NCBI GenBank assembly: GCA_965219535.1
Contig: CBDCNV010000001.1
Location: forward strand, 1,320,001-1,352,000
Direction of reading: 5' to 3'
Length of the DNA: 32,000 bases
Origin: Opitutales bacterium
GTDB taxonomy: Bacteria; Verrucomicrobiota; Verrucomicrobiia; Opitutales; PNEW01
Below the pieces are notes generated by a model. That model was not told the DNA's origin, did not search any database, and saw only the letters and a list, made by a program, of their open reading frames with translations. The translations under genes were made by a program, and so were the position numbers. Of the stretch, positions 1 through 9,886 are shown piece after piece (within the stretch, counting starts at the first letter, position 1; each line of letters opens with the position of its first letter).

Positions 1-80
1 GAAAAGTTTCAGGAATTAAGAAGCATACAAGATTCTACGACTAATAGTTAATGATAATTTTCCAAATATCTATCAACACC

Positions 81-1367
81 TGGTCGGGTTACACAAACTG
101 GTCCACTGAGAGAGTTAGTCTGGAGAGGTTAATGTTGAAGTTAAGTTGGTAGAGGAAGTCAAGGCTTGGGCGCAATGAGGGCGTAGCCCGAATGGAGCCC
201 GAGCCTTCGGTATTGAGGTTTTGAGCGAAACGTTGTGGAGTAATATTGCCGAGGCTGCGGTGGGGTCGAACATGATTGTAAAGCCAGCGCCAATCTTCGA
301 TCACCACGCGGGCTTCGGTCAAAGTCCACAGCTGTTCACGATTTAGACACTCCTCGCGAAAACGGGCATGGAACGATTCGATGTATCCGTTCTGCCAAGG
401 GCTTCCTGGTTCGATATAGAGGGTATTGATTTTCATCGCAGTTAGCCAAGTTCGCAATTCCTTTTCAATAAACTCGGAACCGTTATCGCTGCGAATATAT
501 TTTGGCGGCCCATGAGGGTCGAGCAGTTTTTGCATGACCCCGCGCACCTTCTGCGCATTGATATGGCGATCGACATGGATCACCCGGCACTCGCGGGTGT
601 ACTCGTCAAGGACGGTGAGCATTTTGAGATTCCCACCGCGGACCGTCTTATCGTGGATAAAGTCCCAGGTCCAAACATGGTCGGGATGTTCGGCCTTCGT
701 CGGCAGCCCGGTGGAGACACCCCTGCGCCGGCGTCTTGGCTTGCGTGGGGGAATCGCCAGGCCCAGTTCACGTCGCAGACCTTGCACGAGCCGTTTACCC
801 ACCTGCCAGCCTTCGTCCTTCAACAGCTTCGTGATCTTCGGATAGCCCCACCTCGCGTATTGCCGTGATAACCGCCTTACTGCCGCCTTCAGTTTCGTTA
901 GCCAGGCATCAGGATACTTCGCCCGATACGCATAGGTGGAGCGGTGCAGGTGAAAGTATCGGCACGCTCCACGTATCGAACACTGGCCCCGGGCCACAAG
1001 TCTCTCTGCCACTTGCCGCTTGTGCCCAGGGCTTACAGTTTTTTTTCGAGCGTCTCCTGCACAATCTCTATCCCCAGCAGCTTGTCCGCCAGCATCCGCT
1101 TTAACCGCGCGTTCTCCTTCAAAGAGTTCCTTCATCCGCTTGGCCTGGTTGACATCAATCATCCCAAGTTCACGTTTCCAGCGGTGGAAGGTCTGTTCGC
1201 TTATGTTGTTCTCGCGGCATACTTCCAGGATCGTTTTCCTTTTGTCTGCCTGCCGCAGCATCCGTATCTTCTCTTCGGTTGTATATCTTTTGCCTTTCAT
1301 TGTCTGAGTCCTTTCTAGGTGTCCCAGACTAACTTTTCTAGTGGACCAGTTTTCGTGGTCACGACCA
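81..1367 (-). mobile_element. IS3-family insertion sequence, copy A (1287 bp, transposase ORF uninterrupted)
   Basis: Identity with the second copy starts exactly at 81 and ends at 1367. The ends are TG...CA. Imperfect terminal inverted repeats: TGGTCGGGTTACACAAACTGGTCCACT at 81, versus the reverse complement of the 1367 end, TGGTCGTGACCACGAAAACTGGTCCACT. It encodes an HTH plus a DDE (rve) transposase. The GSPWQNGYIESFHARFREECLN motif resembles IS407/IS2-group members. Confidence 0.9.
89..1300 (-). CDS. IS3-family transposase, single 403-aa ORF (HTH and DDE domains in one frame)
   Basis: N-terminal HTH (ILEVCRENNISEQTFHRWKRE). DDE core motifs: VWTWDF, IRSDNGSEF, PWQNGYIESF. An A8 slippery run lies on the coding strand (T8 at 1039..1046 on the plus strand). 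See the finding on frame architecture. Confidence 0.85.
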   Translation of the reverse strand: MKGKRYTTEEKIRMLRQADKRKTILEVCRENNISEQTFHRWKRELGMIDVNQAKRMKELFEGERAVKADAGGQAAGDRDCAGDARKKTVSPGHKRQVAERLVARGQCSIRGACRYFHLHRSTYAYRAKYPDAWLTKLKAAVRRLSRQYARWGYPKITKLLKDEGWQVGKRLVQGLRRELGLAIPPRKPRRRRRGVSTGLPTKAEHPDHVWTWDFIHDKTVRGGNLKMLTVLDEYTRECRVIHVDRHINAQKVRGVMQKLLDPHGPPKYIRSDNGSEFIEKELRTWLTAMKINTLYIEPGSPWQNGYIESFHARFREECLNREQLWTLTEARVVIEDWRWLYNHVRPHRSLGNITPQRFAQNLNTEGSGSIRATPSLRPSLDFLYQLNFNINLSRLTLSVDQFV

Positions 1368-2398
1368 ATAGTGATAAAATCTCATTTCTTAATACATTGC
1401 TCAATAACATCAGGGTTGTTTCGGGTATTGAGGCAGTAGCATTGACCTCTTCACATAATGAACCGATAGCAGTTCCCAGAATTATTATAATTGATGGGGT
1501 GAGTTATGCATCAGATGATGACTATCCGCGTGCTCAATTTGCAGGTATTTCTGATGGCTACTTCAATGTCTTTGGAGTCTCTATTTTAGAGGGAAGAGCA
1601 TTCAATCATACGGACATTGCCGATTCTCAGCAGGTAGCGATTGTTAATACTATTTTTGCGGAAAAGTATTGGCCGGATCAGAGTCCAATCGGTAAAATGT
1701 TTAAAGCAAAGGGTCCGGGAGAGAAGCCTTGGCTAACGGTTGTCGGTGTTGCACCGGATTTACAGATGGAGGGTTTTAATACAGTGAACAACGATGGCTC
1801 AGGATTTTATGTTCCCATGGCCCAGGAGACCGTATTCAATCAAAATATTACGACACGCCATATGACAGTCATATTACGGGGTACGGGAGATGATCCCATG
1901 AACTGGTTGCCCTCAGTGCGTACTGAGTTGCAAAAATTAAATCCCAATCAACCCCTTTATGAAATTAATACAGTTCAAGGTTATATTGATAAAATATCCA
2001 GAGGAACTAAGTTCATTCCCGGTCTATTTGTTGCTTTTGGCATCGCTGCTTTTATATTAGCGGCGATTGGCGTGTATGGTGTCATGTCTTTTTCGGTAAA
2101 TCAGCGAACTCAGGAAATGGGGATCCGTAAAGCAATGGGCGCGGAACCGCGCAACATTATTGCTATGGTAATTAAACAGAGCGGTGTTCAAATAGGTGCG
2201 GGTATATTTTTGGGATTGCTCTTTGCCATAGCTCTTTCCAGAATTTTATTCAGTCTTATTGAAGATGTGTCCCCCAATGATTTAACGGTTTATAGTACCG
2301 TAATAGTAATAATCGCACTCGTGGGATTATTTGCAGCCTGGTTACCGGCGCGAGTTGCTGCACGCGTTGACCCAATTGAAACATTGAGGTATGAATAG
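1368..2398 (+). pseudogene. 5'-truncated FtsX/MacB-like ABC transporter permease (C-terminal periplasmic domain plus three TM helices)
   Basis: Periplasmic-domain motifs (VAIVNTIFAEKYWPDQSPIGK, YFNVFGVSILEGRAF) are followed by an FtsX-type TM bundle and the ending VDPIETLRYE. No N-terminal TM helix is present. The first 16 codons of the tracked ORF (from a GTG at 1319) are IS sequence. Confidence 0.75.
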
Positions 2399-2447
2399 TA
2401 ATTATTTTACCAGGTATTACTCCTTTCTCATATTCAATGAGGAGGTC

Positions 2448-3593
2448 TCAGATACCTAGATTCCTGACGTTGTAGTCTTTGAGAATACTTTCACGCGTCG
2501 TTTCGCTCCAACGGTTGTTCTCCTCTTGTCCGACCATGGGTTGGTATACGTAGCGCGGTTCGTGTGGGTAACGCTGCTGCCTGGCGTCTATAGCCAGCGT
2601 AATTATGCGGGACCTCTCGAAGATGCGCTCATCGTCGTAGACTATGGATTGGTTATTGCTCGTCGTTCGCAAACCGAGCACCGACGAGCGCCGGTGAAAT
2701 CCAAAGTTTATTGTCATGCGCTGGTCCGGCGAGGTGTTGGCAAAAGAGCCATGTAGGGCCTGGCGGTTGGTCATGACCACGTCGCCGGGCTCACACACCA
2801 AGGGGACCGCGCCAGGTAGACAATCAGAGCCATTGTTCGCCTCGATCATTGCCTTGATGTCAATCTTGCCCTCTTTGTGTGATCCGGGGATGACCCATAA
2901 GCCATTGGATGCGGTACTGCCGTATAATTGCGCCATGAAATTGAACCCGTGTGTGTCCTCGTCCCAGTCCGGCTTGTCCCACAGTCGGGTCCCATCCTGG
3001 TGCCACGCAACCGTAGCTCCCAGTCCAGCAGGTTTAACGATGATGGACTCGGCGAAGGGGGTGAAGTCGGGACCATTGATCTGTTCTGCGATCGCCAGCA
3101 GTTGTGGGTGGCCGTAGAGCCTTAAGCATGAGTCCATGAAATGCAGTTGGCCGTTGATCTTGGATATGACATAGTCCGGGGCGTCATCAGGGGGTAGGGG
3201 TTCTCTCATTTTTGCCATGTGCCGGCCGTTTCCAAGCGACGTCCCACCCAGCTCGTCGCTCAAGGGTTTGGCAAAACTGAAGGGCTGCCTGGCAAATTCA
3301 ATTCCAAGCGCGGGTCGACCTTTGGCATCTACCACCGCATCTTTGGTGCAGGGTGCGCGGTCGAAGACACGCTCTAAATCTTCTTGCAGATCATTGATCT
3401 CTTCCGCTTCCAATGCCCCTTCTAATACATAAAACCCGATGCGTTTGTAGGCATTGACAATGTCAGCGTGCAAGTTGCTGTCGGCATTAAACCTTATCGG
3501 GCCGCGGTTGCCAATCTCGTAGGCCAAGCGCTCACCCTCACGGAAATATGCGGCCATGGCCTCAGTATACTCTGCTTCATTTACCGTTGTCAT
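2448..3593 (-). CDS. Phytanoyl-CoA dioxygenase (PhyH)-family Fe(II)/2-oxoglutarate oxygenase
   Basis: 381-aa ORF with an HxD iron motif (VAWHQDG) and a distal His (ALHGSFAN), in the PhyH-like double-stranded beta-helix pattern. Confidence 0.7.
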   Translation of the reverse strand: MTTVNEAEYTEAMAAYFREGERLAYEIGNRGPIRFNADSNLHADIVNAYKRIGFYVLEGALEAEEINDLQEDLERVFDRAPCTKDAVVDAKGRPALGIEFARQPFSFAKPLSDELGGTSLGNGRHMAKMREPLPPDDAPDYVISKINGQLHFMDSCLRLYGHPQLLAIAEQINGPDFTPFAESIIVKPAGLGATVAWHQDGTRLWDKPDWDEDTHGFNFMAQLYGSTASNGLWVIPGSHKEGKIDIKAMIEANNGSDCLPGAVPLVCEPGDVVMTNRQALHGSFANTSPDQRMTINFGFHRRSSVLGLRTTSNNQSIVYDDERIFERSRIITLAIDARQQRYPHEPRYVYQPMVGQEENNRWSETTRESILKDYNVRNLGI

Positions 3594-3658
3594 CTGGCAA
3601 ACACCTTTTCTCCAATGTAGCTTTCAAGAGAGATTAATTAAAGGTTAATCGAGTTATC

Positions 3659-4462
3659 TCAATCGAGATAGTTGTAGTGATGCAGCCAATCGATCCAGCG
3701 CTGGCGGCGGGGGTTTCCCTCGGTATTTTCCAGCCAGTAGGGGTCGAAATGAGGTTCTTTAAATCGGCTCTCGTTTTTTGTACTAATTACCGCTAACTCT
3801 TTTGCTGCTACTATCTCTTCCTGCGTCTTAGGGTTTTTATAATAGTTAAGTGCGCACATACGGCGATCCTTCGAGCCACCCCAGGCAGCGTGCCACATGC
3901 GAAAATCAAAGGCGATGACATCACCCGGTTCAGATTTACAGACATGGGCGGGAATATCATTTATATTTAAGCCGGAAGCTTCGAGATAAGGTGAATTGGG
4001 TCCGCGCAGTTTAATGTTAAGCAAGGCGTCGTGCAATGGATTCCGATGTGATCCGGGAATGACGCGAAGCGCGCCACTGTCTCCATCTACCGATTGCAGA
4101 TAGAAGAGAAATTTAATTCCTTTAAAGCGGACATCTTCCACGTCTGGATGCCACTCGGTGGAACTCCCAGAAAACCGATTGCTCTTGCAGAAAACACCGA
4201 TGACATCCTCATCGTGAATTTGTTCTGCCACCCCCAGAAAACGATCATCTTCCTGGAGTGATCGGTGAAAAGGAGTTTCCGGACCCAGGGTGGACCATTT
4301 CAAAAGCTCATTATGTTGGCGCGGTTTATCGATAGTCTCGGCAATAGCCATTCCTATTTCAAACTCTGCGTTGATAATCGCAAGTTCATCTTCGCTGAAA
4401 TAGCGATGAATTTGAAGAAACCCAAAAGTTTGATAAAAATCAATCTGGCTTTGTGTGAGCAT
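3659..4462 (-). CDS. PhyH-family Fe(II)/2-oxoglutarate oxygenase (second paralogue)
   Basis: 267 aa. N-terminal QIDFYQTFGFL, HxD (EWHPDVED) and distal His (RMWHAAWG) are typical of the PhyH family. Confidence 0.7.
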   Translation of the reverse strand: MLTQSQIDFYQTFGFLQIHRYFSEDELAIINAEFEIGMAIAETIDKPRQHNELLKWSTLGPETPFHRSLQEDDRFLGVAEQIHDEDVIGVFCKSNRFSGSSTEWHPDVEDVRFKGIKFLFYLQSVDGDSGALRVIPGSHRNPLHDALLNIKLRGPNSPYLEASGLNINDIPAHVCKSEPGDVIAFDFRMWHAAWGGSKDRRMCALNYYKNPKTQEEIVAAKELAVISTKNESRFKEPHFDPYWLENTEGNPRRQRWIDWLHHYNYLD

Positions 4463-4764
4463 GACTCTCTAAAGATTCTTCTAATTAAGAAATTAAGTAA
4501 ATCATTTTATATCAGGTGCCAGGGAAGAAGAGTGTAAGCACTTGTAGTTTGGCGTAAAGTATGCACATTTTCTGCTCAACAAGGGCCAGAGATTCCTAGT
4601 ATTGTTGTCACTCAATAATTCTAAAAGACCCTCCCGTAGATTTCGCTATTCAACGGTAGAGTTCTAGTGAACAGGATTAAATGAGTTTCCCCTTTAATTC
4701 CCGTTACTAAGATAAGAAAAAAGGAGTCTGGAGTTAATAAATGAGCTCAGCACTCGCCCCTTCT

Positions 4765-5400
4765 TTAATTAACTGTATCTCCATTTTCTTTTAATAAAGC
4801 CTTCAGTTGTGCTTCGAGTTCTAGAATTCTCGCGTCTGCTTTCTTCTGGCGCTCGACCGCCTCTTCGAGAGACTTATTTTTTATTTTTGCTAGAGCAACC
4901 TCAGCTTCAAGTGCTTTCAGGCGCTTTTCCGATGCCTCGGCCCGCGTTTCCGCAGCTTCAATTTCAATCGGGGTAACGTTTAATCCTTCTATAATGGCGA
5001 CATTTTCCGACCGTCGCTTGGTTTCCTTTGCATTTTTTTCGCGAATGCCGATCACCTCCCGCTGATAAGCTCTTTCCTGAAATATCCGTTCTTGCCTTCT
5101 TATTTCTTCATTCTCCCTTACATCCTGAGAATGGCCCATCACACCACCAAGAACAATGCCGCTGGCAGCGCCGATAGCGGCACCTTTTCCGGCATCACCC
5201 GCAGCCACACCGATTAAAGCACCAAGAGCCGCTCCACCAAGACCCCCTTTGGCCGCCCCTTTCACTCCATGACTTGCGCCCTGCCGATCGTTATGTCTAT
5301 GATTGCCATAACTGGTTCCTGAAAAAAGGAGAAGTGGAATGAGAAAAGTAAGAGCTATGAATTTACGATTTATAATTTGTGAAAAAAGATTGATTTTCAT
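4765..5400 (-). CDS. Secreted glycine-zipper protein with C-terminal coiled coil
   Basis: Signal-peptide-like N-terminus (FIALTFLIPLLLFSGTSYG). Gly/Ala zipper GAAKGGLGGAALGALIGVAAGDAGKGAAIGAASGIVLGGVMG. The C-terminal half is E/K/A-rich with heptad character. A GGAGA lies 9 nt upstream of the ATG. Confidence 0.6.
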   Translation of the reverse strand: MKINLFSQIINRKFIALTFLIPLLLFSGTSYGNHRHNDRQGASHGVKGAAKGGLGGAALGALIGVAAGDAGKGAAIGAASGIVLGGVMGHSQDVRENEEIRRQERIFQERAYQREVIGIREKNAKETKRRSENVAIIEGLNVTPIEIEAAETRAEASEKRLKALEAEVALAKIKNKSLEEAVERQKKADARILELEAQLKALLKENGDTVN

Positions 5401-5672
5401 TTATTAAATTCTCCAGTTGAGATTTTTCCATTTCGGTTTCTTAATATAATTAGATAAATAATACCGAAGTATTATTCCGAAAAATTTTATAGCTTGATAA
5501 AATCGAGAGGTGATGACTGCAGTTGAAAGTACGTCAGCAGATAAGTAATGGATAGAGCAGAGATAATTCCTTATTTTACCAATGTATATTATATTGGTAT
5601 TAGTGAAATTGGATTGACCTTTAAAGTATGGAGAAGGCTTAAATAATGAAGCTATAGCCAAATATATTGTCG

Positions 5673-8306
5673 ATGAAGGAAGAAGAGGAAAATATTGAGC
5701 GAATACTCAGGTTATCCCATACAACAATTGAGGGGTCGCCAGATGCTGTCTTTTGGGTTGATTCCGATTCACGTATTCAACTCGTGAATCAACGGGCATG
5801 TAAACGTCTTGGCTATACAAGAGCGGAATTGTGTTCATTAACTGTGCAGGATATAAATAATGTTTATCAGGGTGATAAATGGTTCGAACTGTTCGATAAA
5901 ATCAGAAAGAAGAAAGTATTAACTTTTGAAACTAATCATTTAACTAAAGATGGTCAGATAATTCCAACGGAAGTTACCGCGAGTTTCATCAATTTTGAAG
6001 GTAAGGAATATGTCTGTGCTTTTGCACGGGATGTTACCGAGAGCAAAAAGGTAAAACGCGAACTCGGAGAACTCCGTCGGCAGCAAGATCTGATCTTGAA
6101 ATCCTCCGGCGAGGGGATATACGGATTAGATCTTGAGGGAAGAACTACGTTTGTTAATCCAGCGGCTGCTCAGATCCTTGGCTGGAAGCCGAAAGAATTG
6201 CTGGGTAAAAAACAGCATGATTTAATCCATCATACGCGACCAGACGGCAGCCCTTATCCCCGAGATGAATGTCATATTTATGCCACGTTTAAAGACGGAA
6301 AAGTACATCGGGTCGACAATGAGGTGTTTTGGCGTAAGGATGGAACCAGTTTACCCGTAGAATACATTAGTACGCCGATGCGGAATGAAGAGGGAAATCT
6401 TGTTGGTGCGGTGGTAACGTTTCGCGACATTTCCATACGCAAGCTTGCGGAAGAGGAGATCAAAAACCTAGCCAAGTTTCCAAGTGAAAATCCAAATCCC
6501 GTATTGCGTGTTACAAAAGAGGGCAGGGTTATGTATGCTAACGAGGCTAGTTCTCTATTGCTGGACACCTGGGGTTATAAAAAAAGAAATTTTTTATCAA
6601 GAGATTGGTGTAATTACATTACGGATGTATTCAATTCGAACCAGACTAAAGAAGTTGAAGTTAACTGTGGAAATCAAATCGTTTTAGTTTTATTCACTCC
6701 TATTAGCGATGGCGGTTATATCAATGTGTATGGACGCGACATTACTGATCGCAAGCGAGCTGAATTGGAGCTTAAAAAGGCACGCGACGAGCTGGAAGAG
6801 CGGGTAAGAGAGCAGACCGCTGATTTACTTCGGGAGATAGCAGAACACAAAGGGACAGAAGAGCAGTTACAGAAAGCGAAAGAATCAGCCGAAGCGGCTA
6901 ACCATGCTAAGAGTGAGTTCTTAGCGAATATGAGCCATGAACTAAGGACACCGCTGAACGGGATTTTAGGATACACCCAAATACTCAGGAGAGAGCCTGA
7001 ATTTAAAAATACACATTTACGAGGTATTGAGATAATTGAGCAGAGTGGAGAACATCTATTAACGCTGATCAATGATATTTTGGATCTTTCTAAAATTGAA
7101 GCGGGTAAGCTCGAAGTTGAAAGAAACGAATTTCACTTAACCCATTTCTTAAATTCAATATTGGATACAGGAAGAATAAGCGCTGAAGAAAAGCATTTAT
7201 CCTTCAATTACGAACAACTATCACCTTTACCTGACTTTGTTCTGGGTGACGAGAAAAGGTTAAGGCAAGTCTTGTTAAATTTTCTCAGCAACGCGGTGAA
7301 GTTTACCGAAAAAGGAAATGTTACATTTAAGGTTGGTAGAGATCCTAACATTATGGATAAAAATGTCTTTCGTTTCGAAGTAGAGGATACTGGAATTGGA
7401 ATTGATAAAAAGGAAATAGATGATGTTTTTGAACCTTTCTACCAGTTGAAGGAGGCGAGACAGAAAGTTGAAGGGACAGGTCTTGGTCTCTCCATTAGTA
7501 AAAAAATAACAAATATATTAGGCGGTGAAATAGGTGTTAAAAGTATACTTGGAAAAGGCAGTGTTTTTTGGCTGGATCTTGAATTACCTGAGATCGAAGG
7601 ACAGCTCGATAAGGGCAGGGATAAAGAGAAATATATTATCGGCTATAAAGGACCTGAAAAAAGAGTATTAGTCGTTGATGACAAGGCCGAAAACAGATCT
7701 CTCATTGTAGATATACTCTCGCCGCTCGGATTTAAGTTGATAGAGTCAGAAAACGGAGAGGATGCCCTGCTTAAGTCAGCGGAGTTTCACCCTGATCTTA
7801 TACTGATGGATATTATAATGCCGGTATTGGATGGTATAGAAGCGACTCGACGGATTCGCAATTTATCGGAACTAAAAAACATCGTTGTTATTGCACTCTC
7901 TGCGAGTGTCTATGAGCAAAGTCGACAAGAAACAAAAGAATCAGGATGTGACGATTTTATTCCTAAACCGATACGCGTGGATACTCTTCTTGAGAAACTC
8001 AAGTATCATTTAAAACTCGATTGGATATATGCTGAAGATGAACGGAAAGCCACAGAGTTAAATAGTAAATCAACGGTCAAAAAGCAGGAGAATATTGGAG
8101 CGATACCACCCGAAGATGCATTAAAGATACTTCATCTTTTAGCGAAGAGTGGTGACATAAATGGAATACTTCGGAAATTGGATGATTTAGCAGAAAACGG
8201 TGATCAATTTAATGCCTTTATATCTCAACATCGAGAACTTGCTAAGAGTTATAAAATGAAAAGAATTCGCGAGCTCTTGGAATTGCAGATGGAGGATAAA
8301 CAATGA
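5673..8306 (+). CDS. Cytoplasmic hybrid sensor histidine kinase (PAS-PAS-PAS-like-coiled coil-HisKA-HATPase-REC-C-terminal tail)
   Basis: H-box [16 protein letters not shown]-box [13 protein letters not shown]-boxes EDTGIGI and GTGLGLSI, and a receiver (VLVVDD...LILMDIIMP...KP). There are two PAS modules plus an ENPNPVLRV...YGRDITDRK module, and no TM segment. The tracked ORF starts at a TTG (5667); the ATG at 5673 is more likely. Confidence 0.9.
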   Translation: MKEEEENIERILRLSHTTIEGSPDAVFWVDSDSRIQLVNQRACKRLGYTRAELCSLTVQDINNVYQGDKWFELFDKIRKKKVLTFETNHLTKDGQIIPTEVTASFINFEGKEYVCAFARDVTESKKVKRELGELRRQQDLILKSSGEGIYGLDLEGRTTFVNPAAAQILGWKPKELLGKKQHDLIHHTRPDGSPYPRDECHIYATFKDGKVHRVDNEVFWRKDGTSLPVEYISTPMRNEEGNLVGAVVTFRDISIRKLAEEEIKNLAKFPSENPNPVLRVTKEGRVMYANEASSLLLDTWGYKKRNFLSRDWCNYITDVFNSNQTKEVEVNCGNQIVLVLFTPISDGGYINVYGRDITDRKRAELELKKARDELEERVREQTADLLREIAEHKGTEEQLQKAKESAEAANHAKSEFLANMSHELRTPLNGILGYTQILRREPEFKNTHLRGIEIIEQSGEHLLTLINDILDLSKIEAGKLEVERNEFHLTHFLNSILDTGRISAEEKHLSFNYEQLSPLPDFVLGDEKRLRQVLLNFLSNAVKFTEKGNVTFKVGRDPNIMDKNVFRFEVEDTGIGIDKKEIDDVFEPFYQLKEARQKVEGTGLGLSISKKITNILGGEIGVKSILGKGSVFWLDLELPEIEGQLDKGRDKEKYIIGYKGPEKRVLVVDDKAENRSLIVDILSPLGFKLIESENGEDALLKSAEFHPDLILMDIIMPVLDGIEATRRIRNLSELKNIVVIALSASVYEQSRQETKESGCDDFIPKPIRVDTLLEKLKYHLKLDWIYAEDERKATELNSKSTVKKQENIGAIPPEDALKILHLLAKSGDINGILRKLDDLAENGDQFNAFISQHRELAKSYKMKRIRELLELQMEDKQ

Positions 8307-9795
8307 ACCCGGGAAAGGTAGATGGCGCCACGATTCTGGTCGTTGATGACACCCCTGCCAACATCAGTGTCCTCCTTGAGCATCTGGGTGAGTACAATTA
8401 CAAAGTTCTAGTCGCTGAAGACGCTGAAAGTGCTTTAGAACAGTTAAATTATTCAAAGCCCGACCTCATCCTTCTCGATATTATGATGCCGGGGATGAAT
8501 GGATTTGAAACCTGCAAGATTTTAAAAGAGAAGAAAGCGACACGAGATATTCCGGTAATTTTCATGACCGCGCTTTCAGAGGCTGAGGACAAAGTAATCG
8601 GATTTAATCTCGGTGGTGTCGATTATATTACCAAACCTTTTCAACATGAAGAAGTATTGGCACGTGTGTCGACGCACCTGACATTGCGAAATCTCCAAAT
8701 AAGTCTCGAAGAGGCCAACATAAATTTGGAGCAACGGGTTAGGGAGCGAACCGAAGAACTGTCGGTGGCGCTCACCGAACTCGAGAAACTGAAAACCCGT
8801 CTCGAAAAAGAAAATAAATATCTACAGGAAGAGATTAAGAACGATCACAACTTTGATGAGATTATTGGAAACCATCCAAAGCTGAATGATTTACTCAACA
8901 AAATTCAATTGGTCGCCCCAACTGATTCAACGGTCCTCATTAATGGTGAGACAGGGACCGGTAAAGAGTTAATCGCGAGGGCTATTCACGATCTTAGTAA
9001 GAGAAAGGAACGTCCCCTGGTAAAAGTTAATTGTGGGGCGATCAGCTCGGGACTGGTTGAGAGCGAACTCTTCGGACATGAAAAAGGTGCTTTTACCGGT
9101 GCTATGCAACGCCGAGCCGGCCGTTTTGAATTGGCCGATGGGGGAACCATTTTTCTAGATGAGGTGGGGGAGCTTCCTGCAGATACTCAAGTAAAACTTT
9201 TACGTGTCCTCCAGGAACAGGAATTTGAACTGTAGGGGGAAGTACACCTATTGAAATTGATGTGAGAGTCATTGCTGCGACTAATAAAAATCTTTCTCAA
9301 GAAATCAGCGCGGGAAATTTTCGCTCCGATCTTTTTTATCGTTTGAATGTTTTCCCTCTCGAAACTCCACCCTTACGAGATAGGCCATCTGACATTCCCG
9401 TGTTAGTGGATTTTTTTCTCGATAGATTGGGTAAAAAGCTCGGTAAATCAATAAAAGGAGTTACAGAAGAAGCGATGAAGCGTATGATCCAATACAGCTG
9501 GCCTGGGAACATACGTGAATTGCAAAACTGTATCGAACGGGCTGCAATCGTCGCGCAAGAACCAGTCATGAATGTTGAGTTGATAAATGATCATGAAACC
9601 GGATCAAGACTCACCACCGATAACCTGGATAAACTTGAATATATAGAAAGAGAGCTAATTCTCAAGGCTCTGAAAGATTGCAATTGGCAGATAGGCGGTA
9701 ATAACGGGGCAGCCAACCGTTTGGGTCGGCCCCCTAGCACTATACGTGATCGGGTAAAGAAACTCGGAATTGAAAAACCGGGCGAAACGTCTTAA
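8303..9795 (+). pseudogene. Response regulator / sigma-54-dependent transcriptional activator (REC-coiled coil-AAA+-Fis-type HTH), split by a frameshift at about 9230
   Basis: REC ([19 protein letters not shown]), Walker [15 protein letters not shown] loop (EKGAFTGA) and Walker [11 protein letters not shown]. The ORF then stops at ...QEQEFEL*. The next frame continues [18 protein letters not shown]...WPGNIRELQN...AANRLGRPPSTIRDRVKKLGI. The start overlaps the kinase stop (ATGA at 8303..8306). Confidence 0.85.
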
Positions 9796-9886
9796 CGATC
9801 AGCGAATTAATTACTACCATCCAGGTGTGACAACTATCAAGTATCAAGGTTGTTCAAAACTAAAGGTTAAACTTCCACTTGCATCT

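Noticed and set aside
512-1318. Five plus-strand ORFs of 79-124 aa inside IS copy A (512..868, 534..845, 865..1104, 944..1318, 1020..1307) and the identical set inside copy B (24547..25353)
   Set aside because: They all lie antisense to the transposase gene and have Pro/Arg/Ser/Ala-rich low-information sequences. They are the expected shadow ORFs of a GC-richer coding region, with no independent motif or start context.
1319-1366. An identical 16-residue N-terminus (MSQTNFSSGPVFVVTT) on two unrelated proteins (1319.. and 25354..), which could be mistaken for a shared signal or leader
   Set aside because: It is encoded by the terminal 49 bp of the IS and read outward from a GTG that follows a TAG. 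It is an artefact of ORF calling across the IS boundary, not a conserved peptide.
2526-3432. Plus-strand ORFs (2526..2756, 2716..3117, 2928..3125, 3217..3432) and a minus-strand alternative-frame ORF (2846..3076) within the first PhyH gene. Similar nested ORFs occur inside the kinase, Hsp70-like, amidase and dehydrogenase genes.
   Set aside because: All are nested in or antisense to longer ORFs that have clear family motifs, and none has a recognisable domain.
4741-4794. A 17-codon ORF (MSSALAPSLINCISIFF) with a GGAG 7 nt upstream of its ATG
   Set aside because: It is too short to support from sequence alone, and it overlaps the 3' end of the convergent glycine-zipper gene. It is mentioned only in connection with the weak sigma-54-like box at 4550.
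5404-5661. An 85-aa minus-strand ORF directly upstream of the glycine-zipper gene
   Set aside because: It lies in an AT-rich putative promoter region between divergent genes. Its composition is dominated by I/Y/K/N/F, with no motif, and its end merely overlaps the downstream gene's RBS. It is probably non-coding.
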